Below, piece by piece: positions 1 to 12,193 of a DNA stretch of 64,000 nucleotides. Made by a program: the position numbers and the translations under genes. The notes under the pieces are model-generated. The model searched no databases. It had not been told where the DNA came from and saw only the letters and a list, made by a program, of their open reading frames with translations. This stretch comes from Lama guanicoe. Lineage: Eukaryota. Numbering within the stretch: the stretch's first letter is position 1; every line of letters starts with the position of its first letter. The stretch spans positions 4,305,567 through 4,369,566 of the forward strand of contig MU053629.1 in assembly GCA_013239625.1 (NCBI GenBank). The letters are read 5' to 3'.

Positions 1-200
1 GTCTGTTCAACTCCTCCCACCATTTTTAAATTGGGTTGACTTTTTATTACTAAGCCGTATGAGCTCTGTATACATTCTAGATACTAGATCCTTATCAGAT
101 ATACGTATGGTTGATAAACACTTCCTACCATTCTGCAGGTTACCTCTCCCCTTTCCTAAGTGTCCTTTGAAGTCCAATCTTGATGAAGTCCAATCTATTT
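1..200 (-). mobile_element. Old L1 ORF2 3' fragment
   Basis: TTCTAGATACTAGATCCTTATCAGATA and similar motifs; reverse translation gives L1 ORF2-like ISDKDLVSRMYTEL. Confidence 0.75.
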
Positions 201-276
201 CTGATTTGGTTGTTTCCGTACCATTAACTTTTGTGTGTATGTGTGTGTTTTCAGCTCCAAGGTACATTCTTCATTT

Positions 277-525
277 CTTTTTTTTTTAAATTGAAGTATG
301 GTTGATTTACAATATTGTGTTAGTTTTAGGTATACAGCAAAATAATTCAGTTTTATATGCATGTATCTTTTTCCGATTATTTTCCATCATAGGTTATAAA
401 AAGATACTGAATACAGTTCCCTGTACTATACAGTAAATCCTTATTGCTTACCTATTTCACATAGTTTGTATCTGTTCATCCCATACTCCTAATTTATCCT
501 TCCCTTCCACCCCCACTTGCCCTCT
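277..525 (-). mobile_element. L1 3' end (artiodactyl-type, older subfamily)
   Basis: Poly-T followed by ATTGAAGTATGGTTGATTTACAAT; same 3' end recurs at 34326, 37651 and 40226. Confidence 0.85.
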
Positions 526-1118
526 GCATCATTAACTTTTGAGGAAGAGACTAGGAGCGAAAAATTATTAGGTTATTCTATTACCAGGTTAAGTTGTTCA
601 GACTTTTAATAACCAAAGGACTGAGCTGTCTATTCATTTAAATCAGGAATTCACACTTAGGAAACACAGCCACTTTATCCTGGTGGAAGACAGGAAGGAA
701 GCTACTCATTTCTAAGTTTTTAATTAACTAGATTTTCAGGTTAAGCATTTGGTTTTTGAATGCCAAGTGGCCAGTAAACCACAAAGAAACAAAACCCTAG
801 GCAGATCTGTATGTTTTCAGGGATATTTGCCATACAGCTAAATTTTCATAGTCCTTACTAGAATTGGAAATGTTTTTTAAGATGAGCACATTTTAAATGT
901 ATTTTTAACGAGTTTCAAACTAATATTTTTCTGAATCAGTACAAAATTAAAGATCAGTATGGCAAAACCTCAGTATTCTAATACTGCTTGATAAATACCA
1001 AATAGATAATACATAATCCAAAGTAATTAATTGAAATTATGTAATCAGCATTGTAATAATCCCAAAGAATCAACTGTAATTACAGTATTACAGTCATTTT
1101 TTCTAATAAAAAAATCCC

Positions 1119-1245
1119 AGTCTTTTGAGGAATCTCCATACTGTTTTCCACAGTGGCTGCACCAAACTGCATTTCCACCAGCAGTGAAGGAGGGTTCCCT
1201 TTTCTCCACAGCCTCTCCAGCATTCGTCATTTGTGGACTTTTGAA
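1119..1245 (-). mobile_element. Short internal ORF2 fragment of the young L1 subfamily
   Basis: Near-identical to 29550-29680 and to the reverse complement of 51172-51300. Confidence 0.9.
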
Positions 1246-1252
1246 AAAAACA

Positions 1253-1377
1253 GGGGGAGGGTATAGCTTAAGTGGCAAAGCACAGTGCTTAGCATGCACA
1301 AGGCCATGGGTTCAGTCCCCAGTATCTCCTCCAAAAATAAACAAGTAAGTAAACCTAATCACCTCCCCCCAAAAAAA
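1253..1377 (+). mobile_element. tRNA-Ala-derived SINE (Vic-1-like)
   Basis: GGGGAGGGTATAGCT head, Pol III A/B boxes (TAGCTTAAGTGG, GGTTCAGTCCC), AAACCTAATCACCTCCCC segment, A-rich tail. Confidence 0.88.
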
Positions 1378-3099
1378 TTGTTTTAAATTTTTAATTAAAA
1401 ATTATTTTAATTAATTTAATTTTTAAAATTAATTTAATTTTTAAAAATTTTAAATTAAAAAAAAAACCAAAAAACTAGTCATGAATATCCTAAAAGTGAC
1501 ACTTTTAGGTGGCACTACTGTCCACATTTCCCTGTTTCACATTCAGTATGGTATTTACTATGTTACATATCATCAATTTCTGCTACAGGAGCCCATTTCT
1601 AATTTGTTCAGTTTCTTTATTTCCTCCCTCTGTATAGATTTTGAAGTTTGTAAATGCTTTTTTCATTGATAGCCAAAATCATACAATTTCTCCCCCGTAA
1701 CCTGTTCATGTGGTGATTCAAATAGATTTTTCTTTTATTAAAGAATGCGACACTTGGAATAACCCAACTAGGTCATATTATATTCTCTTTATGTATTTCT
1801 GGGTTAGGGTTGCTAATATTTTGATTAAAATCATGCATCTATGTTCATAAATGAGATGGCCTCTAATAAGTTTCTTCACTGGTACTACCTTTAGGGATTT
1901 GGATTGTTTTAAGCTAGCCTTAGAATGAATTAGGTAAGCTGCCTCTCTTACCGTTCTCTAGACTCTTGTGTAAAAATTTATTCCTTCCTTAAACAACTAG
2001 CTGCATATCCAATAGAAAGACAAACAAAAAAAGAATTACCTCTAATATCTTTCTTTACTTTGTCAACCAACTATTTGATTTAAATTTTTTTCTAGTTTAA
2101 AAAGCTTTGAGTGCTGATGGCTGCACGACTATGTGCATGTACCTTAATGCCTCTGAACCGTATACTTACACATGGTAAATTTCATGCTATGTATATTTAA
2201 CCACAATTTTTGAAAAGTAAGAGAAAAACAGAAGGAGAGAAAGATAAAAATGGGGGAAATGAAAGAGAAAGAGAAGTAGAAAAGACAGAGATCCTCCAAA
2301 CAAATAAACCAGTGTGAGCACCTGCTGGCAGACAACACTCAAAACTATACTTCAATAAAATATTAAAAAAACAAAAACAAACAAAAAAAACCAACAGTCT
2401 ACTGGGAAGCCGGCACAGTTCCCTAAGACCACCAGCAAAGTAAGACTCTGCAGAGAGCGCAGGAGGCAGGGCAATCCTGGGACAGTAACATGACTCACCA
2501 TATATTCATACAGAGCTGTGTCTCTAAGATGTGGGGCTATATACAAGGATGTCCCTTATGCTTCCTAAGATGAGGGTTGCATCCAAATATTGCTGAATTT
2601 CCATATCTAGGGCTCCTCTGAGAGGACAAGTTATGTTTCCTTCACACCATGTAGGTCAAGATCCTCTTAAACATGGAACTAAGCTAGTGGCAATATTTTG
2701 GCTTTTTGGTTAACAGCAAACCAATGTTACCACCACTGTAGAGAAAGAGTGAAATAAAACGAAGATACATCTAGGCAAAGAACCACGAAAAGCCCACAGT
2801 GGGCCTCCTTGCTCTGTAGTTCTCTTTAAGAGTACTGGTTAGTGCATCTGACTGCCCTTTACGACTAGAATAACATTCTGTTATTCTTATTTTGTAGTTG
2901 GCTTTATTCCTTTGATAACTATGTAAGTTTAGAAAGCTAAAGATCTAATCTGTTCTTAGGAAAAATAATTAGTACATACATGAAAACTTTCAAAAAGTGC
3001 CGTATACTGTATATACGTATTTACATGCAATATAATGTGTATGTGCAGTCGAACTGGAATAATTCTACATAATAAAACTGAAAAAGGGAAAAAATACTT

Positions 3100-3365
3100 T
3101 TATATATGATACCATAATAATGGATAACCATCATTATACATTTATCTAAATGCCAAAATTGTACAACACTAACAGTAAACCCTAATGTAAACCATGGGTG
3201 ATTACGATGAGTCAATACAGGTCCATCAACTGAAACAAACGTACCACTATTCTGGGGTGCTGATAAGAGGGAGCCCATACATGCGATGGGGTAGGAGACA
3301 TATGGGAAATCCATATACTTTCCTCTCAGTTTTTCTGTGAATCTAAAACTGCTCTAAAAAAAGTA
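3100..3365 (+). mobile_element. L1MC-like 3' UTR end
   Basis: AAACCCTAATGTAAAC...TATGGGAAATC...TTTTCTGTGAATCTAAAACTGCTCTAAAAAAA terminus. Confidence 0.8.
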
Positions 3366-4301
3366 GTCTTAATGATAACAATAAAGAATTTAATACTTGC
3401 ACAAAAAAAAAGAGTACTGTTTAGTGTCTGAACAGCATTTTTTTTTTCAAAAAATACCTTTGACCATAATTCCAAAGTAATAAAGTATATTCAGTCCAAC
3501 TTCTAAATTTATAGCTATAAATGTAAATTACAAGGCAGCACTTCTTTAATGTATAAACTTGGGGGACAGATTTTTTCAAAAAGTGACTGAAGCCAAATAA
3601 GCTCTTCTGAAAATATTTCTCATAAATATAACAAGCACCACTGAATATAATGTTATTCCAGACTGATCCAATTTAGGTACCATACCTTAAACGCACTGTT
3701 ATAGTGAAGACAGTCGACAGCAATGCCTCACTATGCTACGTTTTCAACAAGAAATGATGAAAGAATGAATGGGAAGGACCAAGCCTCAAGGGGAGCTTGT
3801 TCTGGTAACAAGGAGATGACAACGTAGGCTAAAATCTCTTCACTTTTTCTAGATCTGTCATGGCCTTAACCTGATTGCTGCTACAACAGAATAAAATCTA
3901 AATTATCTGTGCAATTCAATGTAACAGACATATTAGATTCCCCCTAGAAAGAATAAAGTGAGGAGAAAGGAGACAGAAGGAAAGGGGAGGAATACCTTTC
4001 TATGCCAGGAGGAAATTCTCCAGTGATGGCGTGGGCTAGAACAGATCTCAGGCAAGCTAAGGGGCGCCCAGCTCACTTTACACTCAAGGGTCAACCAAAC
4101 ACTGAAATGAAATATTCTACTTCTATAAAACTGATCTTCCACTTGACCCTTTATCTCAGTGAAGATGGGGTGAGCTCACTTAAATATGACTTTTCTTATT
4201 CCTTTCTGTAGTGTTTCACCCAGCATAACATGCCCACTGAGGCTGCCAAGTGCTACAGAGAAGAGCAAAACGCTGCGGAGGCCACAATTCCTGAAGAAAT
4301 A

Positions 4302-4722
4302 TGTTATAGGTGGAATTATATCCACCCTCAAATTCATATGTTGAAGTTCTAACCCCCAATACTTCAGAACATTACCTTATTTGCAGATACAATTAGCTAG
4401 GGGGAAATCATGTTGGGGTAGGTGGGCCCTTAATTCATTATGACTATTATCCAATAGCAAAGACGTGAACAGAGACAGGCACCCAGGAGGATACCTCGTG
4501 AAGACTGGAGTGACGCCACTGCAAACCAAAGAACTACCAGAAGCTAGAAGAGAGACCTGGAACACATCCTTCCCCAGCATCTTCCGAGGGAGCACAGCCT
4601 TGCTGACACCTCGATTTTGGACTTCTGGCATCTAGAACTGTGAGGCAATAAATACTTGCTGTATTTTGTTAAGCCTCCAGTTTGTTGTATTTTGTTTCTG
4701 CAGCCTCAAGCAAACTGCTACA
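4302..4722 (+). mobile_element. MaLR solo LTR (MLT1B/C-like)
   Basis: TG...CA ends; AAATTCATATGTTGAAG; CACCTCGATTTTGGACTTCTGGCATCTAGAACTGTGAG followed by AATAAA. Confidence 0.88.
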
Positions 4723-5623
4723 GACATTAAGAGGCTGATGCACACCAACGAGCCTACTCCCTTCTGACTGCATTTCGGACGCAGCTTCTCCCCCCACGCC
4801 TATGGCCGGCATGGGAGCCCAGGCCCGAGCGCTGAGCTGCAGCCGCAGCTGCCCGGTCTCCTGACTTCAGGCTCTACCTCCACCTGCTTCAATCGCCTGC
4901 ATACCACCATGGCATGAACCTTTCAAGATGCCAACTTCTCTGCACTACTCTCTGGTGAACAAAATCTCTAGTACAGGAAAAAGCCCAGATTCTCCTGCCT
5001 TGAATACAGGCCTCTCTCTTCTAAGCTAGCTCCAGCTGCTAGGTGAGAGTCTTCCAGTGGCCCTAGAACATAAACCTTCATTCTCCATGCCACACTTCCT
5101 GCCCTGCTTGCCACTCTCGGCCCACCCCTTCACCAACCTCAATCTTGACCATCTCATGAGGACGGCTGCCAAGACCCGCTTTCACCTTGACACTCTCTCT
5201 ATGCTCAAGCCCGCAGTAAAGGCCACATCTCTGGTCTTGATGCCTTTGCTGCTTTTATCAGTCATTCTGCACACATCAAAGGCTGCCTTGCACGGTTACC
5301 CAGCATTTTATAAGTGCACACTTTGGGCCTATGAGATCCTTAAGGATAGGATTCATATTTCACAATTTTGGGGTATTTCTCAAAGTCAAAGACAATGCCA
5401 GGCATATTACAGGCAAGCTCTAAATTCTTGAATTAACTATTAAACGAACATTTAAAATTCTTAGAAATGGTACTTTTGGCTCTTCTTTGACCTGGGGACT
5501 TAAAATTGAACAAATCTGCAGATTTGATACAACCCTAATGCTTCCACATATATCCAAAGAATTTAAAACTTCCAAGGAACAGGAGAAAAAACGCTGTAGG
5601 GCCTTCAGTCTCAAGTTACTTAC

Positions 5624-5707
5624 CATTCTTCATCACTACATTGGGCCAGACGTTGGCATTCAAGGCTTGGACAATTCGCTTTACTCCTGTGGATTCTGGG
5701 AAGTCAT
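5624..5707 (-). CDS. AAGAB: AAGAB coding exon 5 ([28 protein letters not shown]), 84 nt; later exons lie outside the window
   Basis: ATTAG acceptor, G|GTAAGT donor, frame continuous with exon 4. Confidence 0.96.
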
Positions 5708-5771
5708 CTAATCAGGGAGGAGAAATACATAAATTTAGGCGCACACTTATACATACATACATACATACCTA

Positions 5772-6043
5772 CAACTGTCCCTCAGTATCCGTGGGGGGCT
5801 GGTTCCAGGATCCCCCATGGATACCAAAATCTGTGGATGCTCAAGTCTCTTATATAAAGTGGCACAGTATTCGTATATAATCTATGTACATCCTCCAATA
5901 TACTTTAATCATCTCTCGATTACTTATGGTACCTACTACAATACAGATTTTTTGGAACTTTTTGGAATTTTTTTCTGAATATTTTTGGCCCTCTACTGCT
6001 TGAATCCGTGGCCGTAAAATCCCTGGACGCAGAAGGCTAACTA
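5772..6043. mobile_element. MER2-like Tigger (TcMar) non-autonomous DNA transposon
   Basis: TA flanks; CCCTCAGTATCCGTGGGG...GGATACCAAAATC...GATGCTCAAGTC; degenerate TIR at right end. Confidence 0.85.
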
Positions 6044-8986
6044 TATGTGTATATATAAGCCCTCAAGCCACGTTTTAAAATAACTGTGGCTTAATTATCT
6101 TGCTTATTTACTTGTTACTTCACATTGTAACTTACGTCATAAGGAAAAATATTGAGCAAATACAGAGCTTAGAGCTCCTGATAAGAATTATCTAGAAACT
6201 AAAACAATTAAATAAACACACAATATAAAAGGTTTATATAATAAAGTCAACCCCATTACCTCATCAATGGAATCCACTCATATTCCCCTGAAAATGTTAG
6301 TTTCCATCAATTACACAATCCTAGGATAGTACTAGAAATCCCAGTCTTGGCTATTTACAGACAGTGAGTTTCCTGAGGGCAGGAATCGTTCTCTTTGTGT
6401 GCTATAAAATCTTGTAAATGCCCTAACTTCTCCTAGGAACTATACAACGATAAGTACTGTTTATAACACATATTCAGAGAACAACTTCTTGATGAGAGAA
6501 AGTTTAAGAGAGAGAAGTGAAATTACTATAACCATAAGTGAAGGAGACAGCCAAAGGGTCATTGAAAAAAAAAAACTTAGTTTAGCGTGTCTAGAATTTA
6601 ACAGATACTGCTCAAAATAACAGGGCAATAATCTGACAGTGTATTAGTAATAAGGCTGTATTCTTAGCTACAATGTAGGTAAGAGTGTACAAAGGAAATG
6701 GAGAGCCTTCAGTTAACGAGTTTTGTAAGACTGCATGCAGAAAATAACAGCAGAAATAGTTTTCATGCTGTTTAAAGAGAAAAGTCTAACAGTTTACAGA
6801 GCACAGTCCACAGACAGCCTGTCTCTAGTGGCCTGGCCTGGCCCTGGGTGGTTTAACAGGAAGAGCAGAGAATCAGAAGTTAGGAGATACGAATTTGAAC
6901 CCAGGCTCTATAACTTACTAGCTATTTGACTAAGGGCAAATTACTCATGCTGTTCTCAAACACAAGTGGGGATGGCACCACTCTGCACCTCTCCCAGAGA
7001 GAAGGCGTGCTGGAACTGACGATTTACTGGTGTGACCTTTCCTTCTAGACTGGAAACTTGTGAAGGCAGGAATCATGTCTTCTTGAGTTCGTTATTCCCA
7101 CTCCCTAAACTAACACGGTGCCTGAAAGACGGCAGGCATTCAGGAACTGATGAGCTGACGACTCATTTACAGAACACCAACCCACCCACCAACCTAGCAG
7201 AAACATGGGCAGGACTAAACTGCAGACGCCCTACACAGATGCACATATCACCATCGACGTTTAAATGAAGAAATAAAAGGCATGTTTATCTTAACTATGA
7301 ATGATTCACTTCTTGAAAAAATAACTAATACTTCAGATGGTCTAACCAGGAACCAAAAATATGGTCTCAAATAAAGAGCTAGAATCAATAAGATGAATTT
7401 AACACGAACAAGCACCAAGTCTCATACTGATGTTCAGCTAATACATGTCAATAAAGGGTGAGGGTCTATGGCTTGGGAACATCTGCATTAAAACAGTCTA
7501 GGAAGGTTTTATTCACTTTACCTAAAGATGATATGTTGACATCTCTTTGAAGACTGAGATGAATTAATACAACATTATTCGGACAAGGAGCGAGAAGCAG
7601 CACAGTGGTATAAAGGAGCAGAGATTCCAAAATAAAACCAGATAAAATAAATGCCTCAAATTCTGACTCTCAAGAACAATAAGAAGAGAACATTCTAGTG
7701 CCAGAAGTGAACAATCACACACATGCTTATACACACAAAACAGGGTACAAGTTTTAGGAGTCCTAGAAAAACATGAAAGATAAATTATACTTATTAATTT
7801 TCAATATTCTTAAAAATGTACATGGGGGAAAAAAATCAGCCTTTCTATTTAATTTTTGTCCTTTTCTTCTCTGGCGGGGCTTTATTCCTGAAGACAAAAA
7901 CCATTTGGAAAAATTCTAAAAAAGCCAGAATATAGAAAAATAATTCTTAATTTCTTTTTTTTAAAAAAATATAGGCTTCCTGCAATGAGTACTTACAGCC
8001 TCCCTAGGTATTTTAATTCACATTAGCTGCCCTGCTTAGAATGTCTGTTGCAACAACTGGCATCTCCCTGCCAGTCCTCTAAGTCCAGGACCTTCTCCAT
8101 TTCTTCCCCATGGAGCAGCTGACATGTGAGAGCTCATGGTGCCAACGCATCCTTTGAGCTTCTAAAGAGAAATAATCTCCTCGTCTCTGAAATTCCATAG
8201 CACCAGTAACTTTTTAATAATACTTAAGACGTTCCAATTGGTAATTCAGTTGTCTGTGTACATGTTTCATCTCTTGCACTAGAGGATAAGGTTTTGGTGG
8301 GCCAAAACCCATCTGATCTTGGTAGACCCCAGAGCAGCTAACACAGCTGTACTTTGAAGGAGAAAAGATGGGTAGAGGGATGGGGGAAGGGGAAGAAGCA
8401 GAAAGTCTATTGTGAAGGAGAAGGAAGTACAGAGCCACCCCCGGAAGGCAGGGAGGGGTGACAGTGCATTCTGGGTCTATCTTTGGCGTCTAATGTCCAG
8501 AAGACATACGCATAGTATCGGCATGCCTCAGGGGTTCCTGGGAATTCAGCCTCTGGTTACTACAGATTAAAATAAGCACGACTCAACTGAGTGGAAAATA
8601 AATTCCTTTTCAAAATGCAATGTCAAAAAAAAATTCAAAATAAGGAACATAAACTTTAACCATTTATGAATATAGGTCAAACCCTCCTTTGCTGGTAGCA
8701 GAGAAAGGATAAGAGACTGGGGAAATGACTAAGATTTAAGGTAGAAATGTCTACCTGTAGCCACAAGAGGAAAAGAAAAATTCAAAAGTCCTAAAATGGG
8801 TGGTAAAACCACATAAATGGGTTATTCAATTAACAGATCACATCCGTGGATTTTGCACAAATATTTTCAAAGAGCTCAGGAAGAAACATTTTTTGAGTAT
8901 CACTTTGATTGTTCTTCCCTGCATTCAAATAATCTCTCATATCTGAATCCAAACACCATGTTTTCTCCTGACACACAAATACTCAC

Positions 8987-9076
8987 CATCCTCCTCAGGC
9001 AACTCTTCGGGACTAAGTTCCACCAATTCAAAGCCATGTTTGATACACCATTCTTGAGCTTTCTGTCGGTTTACAC
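8987..9076 (-). CDS. AAGAB: AAGAB coding exon 4 ([30 protein letters not shown]), 90 nt
   Basis: TTTTAG acceptor, G|GTGAGT donor; [12 protein letters not shown] motif. Confidence 0.97.
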
Positions 9077-9425
9077 CTAAAATAACATGCAAGACATTCT
9101 TTATAAGCAAAAATAAAACACAACATGAATATTGCCGCAATACCCTCCCCAGATCTCAAAGCGTTACCTTTCATGTTAACGTTATGCTAAAGGCATCCAA
9201 CATAAACCAATATAAAGAAAACCCGAAAGTCTGAGAAACCCAGTGTCCATTCTTTAAAAATAAAATGTAAAGAGTGCAAGATTTCAAAGAGAAAGAGCTG
9301 AAAGTATTTTTGTAAGGTAATAAAATCACATTAAGATGTACTTTCTAAGTTATGGGAACCAATGCATTGTTTACCAAGGAACGGCAAATGTGTGTACCAA
9401 CCACAGTCCCACTGGAGCGCCTTAC

Positions 9426-9522
9426 CGTTTTCAGAGACTCTATCACAAACCAAGATCATCACCTCAGGTAACCATGCTTCTGCCAGGGGAAGCCATGAGG
9501 AAACACTATCAAGACCAGATTT
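9426..9522 (-). CDS. AAGAB: AAGAB coding exon 3 ([32 protein letters not shown]), 97 nt
   Basis: Polypyrimidine tract plus CTAG acceptor, G|GTAAGG donor, open frame continuous with exon 2. Confidence 0.97.
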
Positions 9523-9648
9523 CTAGAGGGAGGAGAAACAAACACATGAACAGAAACAGGACAAGAGACATTAAGAGAACTCACAGGGGAAAAAAGAGAA
9601 ACGGCAAAATGATTTCTTATTCAAGGTCCGTGGGAAACAAAATCTTAC

Positions 9649-9839
9649 TTGTGTGCTGTCAAAGTAAACCACAAGGGCTTGGACAGAGTCTGCAATGTCT
9701 GCAGTGACGAGAAACTTGTTTGGCACCACACATAGATTGATATCTGCTGAATAGTATTTATTATCAATGGTCCAGGGATAAAATCTCACAGCATCGTCGG
9801 CAGTCACTTCCACAATAAGATCTTCTGTTCCAAGGATAT
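9649..9839 (-). CDS. AAGAB: AAGAB coding exon 2 ([64 protein letters not shown]), 191 nt
   Basis: TTTAG acceptor, GTAAGA donor, phase compatible with exon 1; characteristic [10 protein letters not shown] motif. Confidence 0.98.
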
Positions 9840-11034
9840 CTAAATAAATGACACAACATTACCATGGAAAATGCAAAACCAACATTCACTGGTCAATTTT
9901 CTCAGTAAGATACCAAATTAATAATGTACTTTCACTGCTTCTCTTTATACAAGGATTTCAAAGGGCATCCCATTTATTAGGGTATTTTCTTCTCTGATCA
10001 TTTGGCTGTAAAAGTAATGGTGACATAGGTTAATTCAATTAATTGGCTTCTGTCTTTCAGAACACAAAAACTATTGTGACCAGATAGACACTAGCAAAGA
10101 CCAAAACAGTCATCTAACCAAATGCCCAGAAAAGAGCAAGAAGAGAAAGAATGACATTTATTTTATTGCTTACATACTTCATGGGAGCTGAAAGATTATA
10201 AAAATTGTCAACAGTTTCTAACTATTCTGTACCTACTGCAAGCTAAAAGGAAGACAGCAGCAAGGCTAAGTCATTAATAAAATGGAAGAGCTAGACACAG
10301 TCCCTGGGCTGAATGCTCAGACATTAATTCAACTAGTGAAATAAAAGAACAGATATTGATAAATGACCCCATTCCATTTATATTCAGTCTTCTTTAGTTT
10401 CTTTGAAAGCCAACTCAAATTCTTGTTGACAAAGACACTTCTGGCAAATTTTAAATGAAAGGATTTGGGAAATTACTAAATCATTCAGAAGTCCATGTGC
10501 AGCATGGGTATAACAAATGAAATTCTTACAGTAAAAGCCAAGTCAGTCATGAACAAACAGAGATGTGGCCATGGAATCATTGGAGCATTCTGTCATAATA
10601 ATGTCATACAATATTTAGAACTGGAAGAGACATCAGAAATTGTTCCAACCCAAGCTCCATCTCTCATGCCCGTACCCAAAACCTCCATTTTATCCAGAGG
10701 TGGAAATGAGCTCAGAGAAGTGACATGACATGCCACTAATAATGGGTTATTATAAGAATATATAGCAAAAGGGCCACAAACTCCTTTTCAATGCATGCTA
10801 AGAGGAGTATATAAAATATTCCTCAAACTCATGACTTGCAAGACACAGAAGACTAGAAGTTAAATTTTAAATTCCAGAGCTAAGATTATATATTTGGAAC
10901 ATTCCCATAGTTTGGGAGTAAATTATTTAGTCCCAAAGACTGCTGGGAATAATGTATGATCTATGAAGCGTGTATGTGTGTATTACTTTCATCGGTAAAC
11001 TTTCATCATATGGTTATTAAGGTAATGAAACCTT

Positions 11035-11165
11035 TTTTTTATTTGGTCACGGGGAGGTAACTAGGTTTCTTTCTTTCTTCATATTTAGAGGCAGTACTGG
11101 GGATGGAACTCAGGACCTTGTACATGGTAAGTATGCACTCTACCACTTGAGCTATACCATCCCCC
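11035..11165 (-). mobile_element. tRNA-Ala-derived SINE (Vic-1-like)
   Basis: Reverse strand reads GGTATAGCTCAAGTGGTAGAG...; approximate TSD AAACCT(C)TTTTT. Confidence 0.88.
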
Positions 11166-11333
11166 TAAACCTCTTTTTTTAACTAAAAAATTAAATTTCA
11201 AGTAAATTTTAGAATTTACCTTTCACATAAAGCACATGTTGAAACTAACTTGCTAAAATTTTTCACTAAAACCAGTACTGACATTCTTGAATTAACAGAC
11301 GTTCTGTGCCAATACTTGAAAATCTGAGTTTAC

Positions 11334-12193
11334 ACTAAACCCATGCTAAAAAAAAATACTGACAGGTCTACTCTAAATAGAAAAGAAGCAGGATGCTACA
11401 AAAATGAGAAACTCATAACTGGAAAGGAGATAACTGCCATGAATTACAAAAAGAATAAACACAAAATTGTAAAAGAAGACATCTAAATCATTAAGAGTGG
11501 GAGAGGGAAGCAAGGAAAGCCATTGTGGAAAACGGTATGGAGATTCCTCAAAAGACTAGGAATAGACTTACCATATGATGCAGGAATCCTGCTCCTGGGC
11601 ATAAATCCAGAAGGAACCCTACTTCAAAAAGACACCTACACCCCAATGTTCATAGCAGCACTATTTACAATAGCCAAGACATGGAAACAGCCTAAATGTC
11701 CATCAACGATGACTGGGTAAAGAAGATGTGGGGATATTTATACGATGGAATACTATTCAGCCATAAAAACTGACAACATAATGCCATTTGCAGGAACATG
11801 GATGTTCCTGGAGAATGTCATTCTACGTGAAGTAAGCCAGAAAGAGAAAGAAAAATACCATATGAGATCGCTCACATGAGGAATCTAAAAACAAAACAAA
11901 ACATAAATACAAAACAGAAACAGACTCATAGACATAGAAAACAAACTTGTGGTTGCCAAGGGGGCGGGGGGTGGGAAGGGACAGACTGGGATTTTAGAAT
12001 GCAGAATAGATAAATAAGATTATACTGTATAGCATAGGGAAATATAAACAAGATCTTGTGGTAGCTCATAGCAAAAAAAAAATGTGACAGTGAATATATA
12101 TATATTCATATATAACTGAAAAATTGTGCTCTACACTAGAATTTGATACGACATTGTAAAATGACTATTACTCAATAAAAAAAGTTAAAAAAA
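11334..12193 (+). mobile_element. Young L1 insertion, internally deleted (ORF1 end/spacer joined to late ORF2 and 3' UTR)
   Basis: 16-bp TSD GAAAATCTGAGTTTAC at 11318-11333 and 12194-12209; [12 protein letters not shown]...[28 protein letters not shown] and A tail. Confidence 0.92.

Noticed and set aside
9336..9707. 123-aa plus-strand ORF antisense to AAGAB exons 2-3
   Set aside because: No recognisable homology or supporting splice/promoter signals; chance antisense frame
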